From a virus (lineage: Duplodnaviria > Caudoviricetes), in IMG/VR virus record IMGVR_UViG_3300046786_000823, positions 1 to 26,281 of that record: 26,281 nucleotides of DNA, one strand, 5' to 3'. Numbering within the stretch: position 1 is the first letter of the stretch; each line of letters begins with the position of its first letter. The notes under the pieces were generated by a model, which searched no databases, had not been told where the DNA came from, and worked only from the letters and a program-made list of their open reading frames with translations. Positions 16,817-25,241 of the stretch are shown here, one piece after another. The position numbers and the translations under genes are program-made.

Positions 16817-17508
16817 CTACACCGAGGGCGCTATACAAACGGTTCCGAGAAATTCACCCGCGCTCGCTTGAGCCGTACAACCCGACACCGGCCAACGTGC
16901 GGCGCTGGGCGTGGCATATCCGGCAAGCGGGTACGCACCCAAAGTACACGCGCTATGTACCGGAAAAGTGCAAGGATTTTGAGGAACTTGTCAAAATTCG
17001 CCGCGTGCGGTCGTTTGATGACCTTGAGGTGTTCGACAAACTGATTTTCCAGCGCATTGCCAATTGCTTTACCGGGCCGGTGTACGCCTGCGGGAGCCGT
17101 GTGCGCGGGGATTACATCGAGATTACAGACCCGCCGGAGGTTGCTGAATGGCGCAAGCGTGCCGGGAAGCCGCCAAAAGAGGTGAGTGATTACGATTTTT
17201 GGACACCGGCGGACTCTTTCCAGGTGTGCGAAGAACTGCCCAAAAATGCCGACCGCCTACGGCACGGCGTTGATGACAAAGAAAAAATACTGATACCTAA
17301 AAGCATGGAAGGTTGGGACTTTTCCAAACTGCCCGAACACGAACACGGGCGCGTCATTGAACTGTACAAGGCCGGGCGTTGGGCCGATCTTGCGGCAATT
17401 CACGACAAGTACAATTTGTCGAACTACTCGTATTGCTGCGACCTGTCAGGGCTGAAAGTGTGGTACAAATTTGGAATTGAACAGGGCAAAATAAAATCGA
17501 ATGGTTGA
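16813..17508 (+). CDS. Pol-beta superfamily (minimal) nucleotidyltransferase-domain protein
   Basis: VYACGSRVRG (G94-S95) and SDYDFW (D126, D128) match the hGS...DxD signature; extra N- and C-terminal regions. Confidence 0.72.
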   Translation: MTTPRALYKRFREIHPRSLEPYNPTPANVRRWAWHIRQAGTHPKYTRYVPEKCKDFEELVKIRRVRSFDDLEVFDKLIFQRIANCFTGPVYACGSRVRGDYIEITDPPEVAEWRKRAGKPPKEVSDYDFWTPADSFQVCEELPKNADRLRHGVDDKEKILIPKSMEGWDFSKLPEHEHGRVIELYKAGRWADLAAIHDKYNLSNYSYCCDLSGLKVWYKFGIEQGKIKSNG

Positions 17509-17785
17509 AGAACAGCCTACGGAAATTTTCAAAAAGAGGGCCGTTGAGGTCGCCCGCCTGTTCGACATTGCCGACGTGCAGGAATGGGAGCAGTTGCCGG
17601 ACGGATACCGGCGTTTCCTTGTGGTTGTTGATTACAAGGTGATGGTCGTGCCGCTGGTGTACCGCGACCGGGGCAACGGATATTCGTGGCAGGCGCTTTC
17701 GATCAAGTACGACCTTTCAATCAAGGAGGTGCGTACAATCTGCCAAAGGCCATATTACAAGGCCAAGATCGGGCGTAAAAAATAA
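17501..17785 (+). CDS. Mor/C-like HTH transcription regulator (possible late activator)
   Basis: C-terminal GYSWQALSIKYDLSIKEVRTI resembles the Mor-family HTH. Confidence 0.55.
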   Translation: MVEEQPTEIFKKRAVEVARLFDIADVQEWEQLPDGYRRFLVVVDYKVMVVPLVYRDRGNGYSWQALSIKYDLSIKEVRTICQRPYYKAKIGRKK

Positions 17786-17798
17786 ATTTGTGCAAAAA

Positions 17799-17830
17799 TT
17801 TGCGCGGGTTTGCGCTTGTGCCTATCTTTA
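17799..17830 (+). promoter_or_regulatory. Bacteroidota-type promoter candidate
   Basis: TTTG (17799-17802), 20-nt spacer, TATCTTTA (17823-17830). Confidence 0.55.
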
Positions 17831-17944
17831 GGGCATGAACTCTTGGATGTACGCCCGTGCCGCGAGTTAGTCTTTTGAGCGTTGGCTTTTGCAGCATAGT
17901 CGTACATCCTTTGTTCTACGAATCACACTTAATTATTATACAAC

Positions 17945-18169
17945 ATGAATCTATCAACAGGCTGCAATTATTGCAAAAATTTGGAATGCACAGACAATCC
18001 CAAGTCCTTGCTCTGCAACTTCATTTGCCTTGCAAATCCCGAAAGGATGATAGGAAACGCAGGAGCGTGTTTTGTTGAGAAAAAAGACGGGCAAACAAAA
18101 ATTGTCCAAAATTGCCCCGACTTCCAAGAGCGGGAGCAGGGTGTAGTTTTAGGTTCTATTTTTTCGTAG
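17945..18169 (+). CDS. Small Cys-rich hypothetical protein
   Basis: 74 aa with 7 Cys (CNYC, C, C, C, C, CPDF), AT-rich, A-rich start context. Confidence 0.55.
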   Translation: MNLSTGCNYCKNLECTDNPKSLLCNFICLANPERMIGNAGACFVEKKDGQTKIVQNCPDFQEREQGVVLGSIFS

Positions 18170-18289
18170 AACTCTAATTACACGCAACTCGCCATAACAA
18201 TAAATAGGTGTCTGTTGCGCGAAATCAAGAAAACGCCTATTTTTGTATTCAAGTATTCAAGTTTTCATTTGGTTTTTTGGGGTTTATAT

Positions 18290-18322
18290 GCCGTCGTTCT
18301 GCAAAGAGCGGCGGCTTTTTTT
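18290..18322 (+). terminator. Intrinsic terminator
   Basis: 11-bp stem GCCGTCGTTCT/AGAGCGGCGGC (two G-U pairs), GCAA tetraloop, followed by T7. Confidence 0.85.
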
Positions 18323-18383
18323 ATCCTTGCCCAAAACGGCAAGCATTTGCACAAAAACAGCCCGCGCAATAGCCGCATGGCCC

Positions 18384-18391
18384 CACCTTTG
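18384..18391 (+). promoter_or_regulatory. Possible -7 element of a head-operon promoter
   Basis: CACCTTTG (one mismatch to TAnnTTTG) lies between the terminator and the protease ATG; no properly spaced -33 TTTG. Confidence 0.35.
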
Positions 18392-18416
18392 CAGCACGCA
18401 AACGCAAAAGGTGCAA

Positions 18417-19352
18417 ATGCAGGAACATACAACGGCGCTACGCCGAAACCCGGCCATAGAGGCCATACTGGCAAACAGCCAACTCGCTATCGAGGCGGGA
18501 TTCGGGCTTCAATGCCTGAACCAATACCTTTCCGACCTTGCCTTGCTTTCAAACGGCGCATCGTATTCCGACCTTGGAATCGAGCAGCGCCGCCGGGAAT
18601 CCGACCCGCACCTTATTGTCCGCACGGGTGCCGCAGCGGTCACGATCAACGACAGATACCTACTTTTAAACCCATCGCTTACCCCGCCCGGCGCTATTGC
18701 CGTGCTCAAGGTTTCAGGTTTCATGCAGACCGAAAGTAGCGGGGGTAGCGCTGGTGCCCGTGGTATGCGCGGCTTTGCCGAAGACCTGCGGGCCGCTTAC
18801 TCAAATCCGAACATTGCCGGAATCCTGATTGAAATAAACAGCGGCGGCGGCGAGGTACTCGCTATGGAGGTCGCCGTGTCGGCAATTCAAGAGCGCAACA
18901 AGCCTGTACTATCACATGTATATTTTGCCGCGTCCGCTGCATACGGAACGGCAGCCTCTACCGATGAAATTGTTGCCCTTTCGGACATGGTTCGATTGGG
19001 CAGCATCGGCAGCGTTATTTCCCTGAACAAGGCCGCACTTGCTGAATACGCGGAGCAGTACATTGACCTGTACGGCAGCAACGCCCCGCGCAAGAACAAA
19101 GAATTTCGCGCTGCCCTTGACGGTGACTACTCGGCACTTCAGCAGGTGGTTGACGAAGCCACGGACAAATTCCAGGCAAAGGTGAAGGCCATGCGCCCGC
19201 TACGGGGTTCGGAAAACAAAATAAAGGACACCCTTTCAGGCGACGTTTTTGCCGCCGATGAGGCACGCCGCCGGGGTCTTGTTGACGGCATCGGCAGCAC
19301 AGAATACGCACTAAAACGGCTCGAAGCGTGGATCAAGCGCGGGCGGGCATAA
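18417..19352 (+). CDS. S49 (SppA/ClpP-like) prohead maturation protease
   Basis: ILIEINSGGGE, KPV, AASAAY (catalytic Ser), GSIG and GLVDGIG motifs. Start reassigned to ATG 18417, downstream of the terminator. Confidence 0.92.
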   Translation: MQEHTTALRRNPAIEAILANSQLAIEAGFGLQCLNQYLSDLALLSNGASYSDLGIEQRRRESDPHLIVRTGAAAVTINDRYLLLNPSLTPPGAIAVLKVSGFMQTESSGGSAGARGMRGFAEDLRAAYSNPNIAGILIEINSGGGEVLAMEVAVSAIQERNKPVLSHVYFAASAAYGTAASTDEIVALSDMVRLGSIGSVISLNKAALAEYAEQYIDLYGSNAPRKNKEFRAALDGDYSALQQVVDEATDKFQAKVKAMRPLRGSENKIKDTLSGDVFAADEARRRGLVDGIGSTEYALKRLEAWIKRGRA

Positions 19353-19366
19353 ATACAAACTCAACT

Positions 19367-19879
19367 ATGTGGAACGCAACCAATAGCAAATTCTACGCAC
19401 AAATAATGGACAGCCTTGCATCGTTCTTTGGCCGCAAGCCGGAAGAAACCACAGAGGCCGAACTTCACCAGATGCTGACAGAGGCGCAAACCCGTGCCGA
19501 CTTGGCAGAACAGGCAAAGGCCGACGGGCTTGCCGCAGCCGCCGCCGAACTGGCCGCGCTACGCGCCGATGTGGCCCGGTTGACTGCCGAACTGGACGCT
19601 GAATCCGAAACGGCACAGACTGCAACGGCATCGCTCGAAACGGCACGCGCCGAACTTTCCGCTGCACAAAACGACCTTGCAGCCGCAAACAGCGCAATGG
19701 CTGTACTGGTAAAAGAGAAAAACGCCCTTGCCGGCGAGGTAGCACGCCTGACCGCCGGGAAACCGCCCGCATCAACAACGGCAAACGACGACGACGAACA
19801 GTTCGAGAAAGCACCAGCCGGAAACGGCATGACCGTAAAGGCCGATTGGCTGGAAAAGTCCATTTTCGGAAAGAACTGA
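19367..19879 (+). CDS. Probable capsid scaffolding protein
   Basis: Ala/Glu-rich coiled coil between protease and capsid genes; start reassigned to ATG 19367. Confidence 0.7.
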   Translation: MWNATNSKFYAQIMDSLASFFGRKPEETTEAELHQMLTEAQTRADLAEQAKADGLAAAAAELAALRADVARLTAELDAESETAQTATASLETARAELSAAQNDLAAANSAMAVLVKEKNALAGEVARLTAGKPPASTTANDDDEQFEKAPAGNGMTVKADWLEKSIFGKN

Positions 19880-19946
19880 CCACAATTTGAATTTTGAAAA
19901 AGACCGGGGCAAAAAGTCATTTTTCAAACATTCAAAAAAGAACAAT

Positions 19947-21191
19947 ATGCGCGAAGTATCGGGCAATATCTGGCCCACCACGCTACTCGACGGCAACAAC
20001 AACCCGATGGTTGTCCTTGACCGCACCCGCGACACGCGGTATTTTGAAATGCGCACAGAGGCCATGATGCGCTTCTTCGACAAGATCGGCGTAAAGGACG
20101 GGGACATCAACGCCGACATGCTCGGCATATATTCCCGCATGAACGTCGGGCGCGACCTCAAGGCCCGCGTTGGCCACCTGACAACGCCGAACCACCTTTT
20201 CAGCAGCCGCAAAAACGGGTGTGTGTGGACACCGAAAGGCCGCATCCGCCTGAAAACAAACGAGGTCGAAACCTACCCCATTGAGGTGAACATGGAGCAA
20301 TGCCCCGACGCGCTTTGGGGTGACTGCATGGAAATGCTCTTTGGCCCTGGCAACGCAGTGCGCGACATGCTCTCCACGCCGGAGGGCCGTGCGCTGTACG
20401 AGCAGTTCCTACGTCAGGTGTTCCTCGGCATCGGCAATTCGTTTTTCATGCTCACGGCGTTTGCCAATCACCCGATGATCACGACGGCCAACACGCTCGG
20501 CTTCTACTCGACGTACACCGACGCTGCCGATTGGGCCGCGTTCTACGATCAGATGACGAGCACCCTGCTTGGCGGATACATTACGCTGCTTGACGATCTT
20601 GCCGCCGAAGGAACACCGGGCTACGATGTGGTCATTTCCGATGCCGACCTGGACGCGAACGGCAAGTACACGGGCGACATCATTGCCCTGCTCGAAAGCA
20701 TGAAGGGCAAGGCCCGTGGAGACTTCCGCGCCATGATTCGCGCCGAACAGCGCCCCGGCCAGCCGCGCCCGATCTTCCTGCTTTCAGACTCCCTGTTCGA
20801 TGCTTACCGCGAACACATCCGCACGACCTACACGGGTATCAGCGAAGGCTACCGCTTTATGATTCAGGGCCAGGACGGCACCGTTGTCCGCGCACAGAAC
20901 ATCCTCGACTTCGACGGCCTGCCCGTCGTTCGTTGGGACGTGTCGGAGCGCTTCGACAGCATCACCGGCGCAACCTCGCACCGTGCCGCGCTCATCGCCC
21001 CGGGACTTTTCGGCATCGCCTACTCCGGTGACGTTGCACAGCAGTACAGTGGCATGGGCCTGAAAGTGATTCAGCGCCTTGAGGCTCCGTACCAGGGCAA
21101 AATCTACCTGGACACGACCTTGCGCGTAGGCGCTGCGCTTGCCGATCAGGACTTTGCCGTGTACGGCAGCAACATCACGCACCCCGTATAA
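19947..21191 (+). CDS. Major capsid protein
   Basis: About 414 aa after protease and scaffold; strongly C/G-ending codon bias suggesting high expression; FDGLPVV P-domain-like motif; start at ATG 19947. Confidence 0.8.
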   Translation: MREVSGNIWPTTLLDGNNNPMVVLDRTRDTRYFEMRTEAMMRFFDKIGVKDGDINADMLGIYSRMNVGRDLKARVGHLTTPNHLFSSRKNGCVWTPKGRIRLKTNEVETYPIEVNMEQCPDALWGDCMEMLFGPGNAVRDMLSTPEGRALYEQFLRQVFLGIGNSFFMLTAFANHPMITTANTLGFYSTYTDAADWAAFYDQMTSTLLGGYITLLDDLAAEGTPGYDVVISDADLDANGKYTGDIIALLESMKGKARGDFRAMIRAEQRPGQPRPIFLLSDSLFDAYREHIRTTYTGISEGYRFMIQGQDGTVVRAQNILDFDGLPVVRWDVSERFDSITGATSHRAALIAPGLFGIAYSGDVAQQYSGMGLKVIQRLEAPYQGKIYLDTTLRVGAALADQDFAVYGSNITHPV

Positions 21192-21234
21192 CCGAGGCAA
21201 CCATATTTTTTAACACGAAAAAAGACATAAAAAC

Positions 21235-21792
21235 ATGGCTTGCACCTTAGCAGCACTAAATACGGGCACCTGCTCCAATTCGAGCGGAGGAGCCTTGTAC
21301 GCATACGCCACAAGCGCCGAATACATTTCAGCGATCACGGTTTCGTCCGGGATAATCACGGGCATCACAATGACCACGACCGATAAGTGGTGGAAGTTGA
21401 CCCCGAACAAGAACCAGACGTGCCGGTACGACGAAACCGGCGAACGCCCGTCCGAATTTTCGACACGGCTCACCTACGCATGTGAGGGCTTCGCGTACTT
21501 CGCCGGGAAAAACAACGCAGCCAAATTGGTTGCCGACGCTTACGGAGCATGCTGCCAGATCGTTGTGATCTGGGTTCTTGGCAACGGGGAGCGTGTGGTT
21601 CAGGGCTTGGAAATTGATGCCTCCGCCGCTGGTGGTTTCGTGACCTCGAAAGATGCCGACTGCCGCTGCACTCCGTCCCTGCTCTCCGACACCGCCGCAA
21701 ACGAGGCCCGCCTGGAATTGCTTTTCAATTCCCGCAACTCGCTCGCTTCGCCGTACACCGACCTGACAGACACCGAAATCGAAGCACTTTAA
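21235..21792 (+). CDS. Probable major tail (tube) protein
   Basis: MAC........C....GG N-terminus and size resemble Bacteroidota siphovirus tail-tube proteins; beta-rich. Confidence 0.65.
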   Translation: MACTLAALNTGTCSNSSGGALYAYATSAEYISAITVSSGIITGITMTTTDKWWKLTPNKNQTCRYDETGERPSEFSTRLTYACEGFAYFAGKNNAAKLVADAYGACCQIVVIWVLGNGERVVQGLEIDASAAGGFVTSKDADCRCTPSLLSDTAANEARLELLFNSRNSLASPYTDLTDTEIEAL

Positions 21793-21803
21793 AAAAAAGA
21801 AAA

Positions 21804-22082
21804 ATGGCAAAGAAATTAATAGTTGACCCGAAATTTTTGGAGCGCAACCCCACAGCGTTCACCGTTGTTCGTGGCAAATATCCAAAGCGGGTGGCCCTGC
21901 ACGGAGAGTGCGTCGTAGAGGTGCCGGAAGGTATCGGAGGGCCGACCAAGAAGGTCACGGTTCCCGCTCCGACGCAAGAAGACCTCGCAGTGCTTCAAAA
22001 ACACGGTGCCGTGTACGTCATCGAAGTGGATGAAAGCGCCGCCGGTTTCGCAAAGGACAAGAACATTGCAGCAACAACCTAA
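21804..22082 (+). CDS. Hypothetical phage protein
   Basis: 92-aa ORF filling the gap, A-rich start. Confidence 0.7.
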   Translation: MAKKLIVDPKFLERNPTAFTVVRGKYPKRVALHGECVVEVPEGIGGPTKKVTVPAPTQEDLAVLQKHGAVYVIEVDESAAGFAKDKNIAATT

Positions 22083-22088
22083 CCAGGG

Positions 22089-23471
22089 ATGAGCAACGTA
22101 CAAAACGGGTGCTGTGACGAAAACGAAACCGTCCTGCCCTCCCCGAAGGAGGAAATGCGCAAGCGCAAGTCCGCACGCATGCCCGTTTTGTACGAACTCG
22201 AAAACCCGATACCGGAGGAAATACGGGACACGGAAGAACTGAAAAGCGTCATTGACAAGTTCAAACTTGTTCCGTATGCCGGGAACGACAAGCACACAGG
22301 GCACAATACCCTGAACTGGTATTTGATGCTCGCAAAGTTGTCGCCGACGCACGGCGGGGCCATCGAGAAACTGACAAAGTATGCCGTTGGTGGACGGGCC
22401 ATGTTTGCCCGTTCAGAAAACCCGGACTACGACATCGGAGAAGAAACGCAGCCGTTGACGCGGGCAGAGAAAGAGCGGTACGAGGCGGCAATTACGCAGT
22501 TCATTGAATTTAAGGGCGGGGTAAGGGATTATCACAGGCTCCTCACAGCATCGCTAAAGGCTACCGGAAACGCATGGGTAGAAATGTCCGTTGCCGACCG
22601 CGCCGGGCAGCGCCGCGTGTCGCTACGGTTCGTGAAACAGCAAAACGTCATGTACCGAAAGTCGGCTTCCGATGAAATGCGCTTTGGGGTAATTTCCCCT
22701 ATCTGGACGGATGAGTACCTGAAAAAAAACGAGCCGTCGGTCATTCCGCTGTACCCGAATTTCGTCAAGGTTGACGGCGTTCAAAAAACGTTGTTTCACC
22801 TGAAAAACGGGGACTTCAACTGGTACGGACGGCCTGACAGCCAAAGCGCCGATCTGTACAAATATAGAGAGGTTCAAGACGCTATGTACATCGTGAAACA
22901 GGCGGCAAACAACTTCACGGGGCAACTGATAATCGAACTGGAGGATGATGGACAAGACCCGGCGATTGACGAAACGGGCGCATGGCAGGCGGGCTTCAAC
23001 TCGTTTGCCGACCGGATGATCGAGAACTACACGCAGCGCGGGAAAGACCCGATGAGCGTGTTTGTGACCAGCCGGGCATTCGGAGCAAAGCCGATGTTCG
23101 TTTTCCAGGTCGCGCCGAACACCAACGAAAAATGGTATGTAGAGACGGGCAAAATGTCCGAAAACTACATCCTTGGTTCGCACGGTTGCACGCTTCGGTT
23201 CATGGGCAAAGAGGCAGCAAACGGGTTCAGCACGGATGCCTTTGTGGCTGACTATGTGATGAACATGGAGCCGGTTATTAACGACTTGCGCACGACGGTA
23301 ATGGTTTTCTCGAACAGCATACTCACGACGGCATGGGAAGCGCTCGGAATGCAGGAAATGAACGACATAAGCCTGACCTTCCAAAGCCCGATACAGTCCA
23401 GAATTGACGAATACAAAAACGCGACAGCGCAAGGCATGGCCCCGCAGTCGCCACAAATACAGACGGTGTAA
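22089..23471 (+). CDS. Portal protein
   Basis: 460 aa; SPTHGGAI.K, TGNAWVE and WYGRPD motifs match portal-like patterns. Confidence 0.8.
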   Translation: MSNVQNGCCDENETVLPSPKEEMRKRKSARMPVLYELENPIPEEIRDTEELKSVIDKFKLVPYAGNDKHTGHNTLNWYLMLAKLSPTHGGAIEKLTKYAVGGRAMFARSENPDYDIGEETQPLTRAEKERYEAAITQFIEFKGGVRDYHRLLTASLKATGNAWVEMSVADRAGQRRVSLRFVKQQNVMYRKSASDEMRFGVISPIWTDEYLKKNEPSVIPLYPNFVKVDGVQKTLFHLKNGDFNWYGRPDSQSADLYKYREVQDAMYIVKQAANNFTGQLIIELEDDGQDPAIDETGAWQAGFNSFADRMIENYTQRGKDPMSVFVTSRAFGAKPMFVFQVAPNTNEKWYVETGKMSENYILGSHGCTLRFMGKEAANGFSTDAFVADYVMNMEPVINDLRTTVMVFSNSILTTAWEALGMQEMNDISLTFQSPIQSRIDEYKNATAQGMAPQSPQIQTV

Positions 23472-24148
23472 TGGCAAATCTGATAACGGCATACGAGGTA
23501 AAGCGGTTTTCCCCGGCAGGGGCAAACTACCCGGAGGTCAATATCTGCGAGGCCATTCCGCAGGTAGAGCAGGATTTGGGCTACAAATGCCTCGGTGAGG
23601 AACTGTACGAGTACCTTTTGTCCGTGTTGACTTCCTACCCGGATGATGTTGTCGAGTACGACCCGTCAACCGAATACGGGCTAAACGAACACGTTGTACG
23701 GCACGGGTGCCTTTTCAAGTCAACCGTAGCGTGCAACCGCACAGACCCGATGGAGCCGGACAACGACTGGACGGCGGTGGAAAAGTTCACCGTCGCTTGC
23801 GCAAACACACTTTGGACAAGTTACCTGCGCCGGATTTTGGCCCTTAGGGTGTATGAAACCGTAATGCTGTACGACACGCAGCAAAGCGGGGCAGGCGGTG
23901 TGGTGGTTGCGCTTGGTGACGGGTACAACGCCGGACAGCGGGCCGCAACAAAGGGAGAAATAGCCGATAGGGCAAAGCGCTTGGACGCGGACGCAAACAT
24001 GGCGGTTGAAAATATGTGGAGGTGGATGCAAAAGCGAATCGAGGCAGGCGACTGCACGGCGTTGCCGCTTCAAAGTTCGACGGCCTGTTGGTCGGCACAA
24101 TGCACGCAGCCGCGCCGGAACATTCGCCGCTTTGCGTTCAGGGTTTGA
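23471..24148 (+). CDS. Head-tail adaptor-like protein with a carbohydrate-binding-module-like insertion
   Basis: Directly after the portal (TAATG overlap); LIT..EV, LGEELY.YL, YL..ILA helical pattern; insertion Y63-W100. Confidence 0.65.
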   Translation: MANLITAYEVKRFSPAGANYPEVNICEAIPQVEQDLGYKCLGEELYEYLLSVLTSYPDDVVEYDPSTEYGLNEHVVRHGCLFKSTVACNRTDPMEPDNDWTAVEKFTVACANTLWTSYLRRILALRVYETVMLYDTQQSGAGGVVVALGDGYNAGQRAATKGEIADRAKRLDADANMAVENMWRWMQKRIEAGDCTALPLQSSTACWSAQCTQPRRNIRRFAFRV

Positions 24149-24168
24149 AAAAAAAAAGTAGTTGAAAT

Positions 24169-24468
24169 ATGAATTTGATCGAGCAAATAAAACATTACCT
24201 CGCCAAAGAAATCATTGTAAAGGAATACGTTGATGCGGAAACAAAACAGCAGAGATTCGACGTGTGCCTTGAGTGTGAACACCGCGATCCCGAAGAAAAC
24301 AAATGCAGGGCTTGTGCCTGTTTCCTTGACCTGAAAACCGGCAGCCGCGTGAACTGGAGGCCGTCAAAGAACCGAAACGAAATAACACATTGCCCGCTGG
24401 GCAAGTGGGATGATAAAGAAATTGCTAACGAGTACCGCCGTTTGGACGGGCTTCAACCATTGACATAA
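24169..24468 (+). CDS. Cys-rich zinc-binding protein (DUF6171-like)
   Basis: R..VCLEC...CRACACFL..K...CPLGKW pattern. Confidence 0.7.
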   Translation: MNLIEQIKHYLAKEIIVKEYVDAETKQQRFDVCLECEHRDPEENKCRACACFLDLKTGSRVNWRPSKNRNEITHCPLGKWDDKEIANEYRRLDGLQPLT

Positions 24469-24482
24469 AAACATTTTCAGCC

Positions 24483-25166
24483 ATGTATCAACCTATAGCC
24501 AACCCCGGACAGAACGCCAACAATTTGATGAAACGCTACGGCAACGACGACGTTTGCTGCGATTCGTACCCGACGGCGTGCCAGTACGACATCACCATCG
24601 CCACCGCCGCAACGGTGAACAACATCAAGTTCAAGAAAACCGCAGAGGGTGAAACCATCACCAAGGCGTTCACCGCTTCCGGCGGCACGGCAGTCGTGGC
24701 CGCGATCAAGGCCGCACTTGTTGCCGAAGGGTACGAGGAGGACAGCGACGAGGTGCAGGGCGTTACCAGCGCCGTCGTGTCCTCGAACACGATCTACTCC
24801 ATCACCGGCAGCCTGATCGTGGTTTCCATGACGCATACCACCAGCACGGTCGTTACCCCGACCACGAAGTGCAACCGCGTCGGCATCTGTGACCACTACA
24901 TCACGACCGCAGGCGGTGCCGCAAACGTGTTCGGCGTGGACGGCGTGGACGAAGACCTCGGCTCGCTGGTCATCGGCGTGGACAACGCCGCCGCCGTCAA
25001 GGCCGCGATCGAAGGCGCTACGGCATGGCCCGCAGGCTACACGGTAGCGGTAACGGAAGACGCGGATTTATACTACATCACTATCAACGGCCCCGGCACC
25101 GTTGTGTTCACCTGGAACGGCGACAAGTTCGCCAAGCAGGATTGTGTTGCCGGGTACATTGCCTAA
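24483..25166 (+). CDS. Abundant structural protein (decoration or tail accessory), function unknown
   Basis: Thr/Ala/Val-rich beta protein with capsid-like codon bias, two similar halves (AVVAAIKAAL / AAAVKAAIE), followed by a terminator. Confidence 0.65.
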   Translation: MYQPIANPGQNANNLMKRYGNDDVCCDSYPTACQYDITIATAATVNNIKFKKTAEGETITKAFTASGGTAVVAAIKAALVAEGYEEDSDEVQGVTSAVVSSNTIYSITGSLIVVSMTHTTSTVVTPTTKCNRVGICDHYITTAGGAANVFGVDGVDEDLGSLVIGVDNAAAVKAAIEGATAWPAGYTVAVTEDADLYYITINGPGTVVFTWNGDKFAKQDCVAGYIA

Positions 25167-25193
25167 TCACGGCTCTGGTCTTTTCAATTATAC

Positions 25194-25234
25194 GCGGCCC
25201 GCCCTATTTCGCACCGGGCGGGCCGCACTTTTTT
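25194..25234 (+). terminator. Intrinsic terminator
   Basis: Perfect 11-bp stem GCGGCCCGCCC/GGGCGGGCCGC, 11-nt loop, then ACTTTTTT. Confidence 0.85.
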
Positions 25235-25241
25235 CAACCGT

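Noticed and set aside
17862-18192. Short inverted repeat GCGAGTT/AACTCGC flanking the Cys-rich ORF, considered as attC-like or IS ends
   Set aside because: Only 7 bp, expected by chance; no integrase or transposase and no extended dyad.
18215-18739. 174-aa alternative + frame ORF and the 18243 extended start of the protease
   Set aside because: Both run through a clear intrinsic terminator (18290-18322) and start at non-ATG codons; ATG 18417 is the better start.
22623-23525. 300-aa minus-strand ORF opposite the portal gene
   Set aside because: Antisense shadow with an unnatural H/V/R-rich composition; fully overlaps a well-supported gene.
24147-24168. Long A runs here and at 21791-21803 as possible slippage sites
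   Set aside because: They lie in intergenic translation-initiation regions, consistent with A-rich Bacteroidota start contexts.
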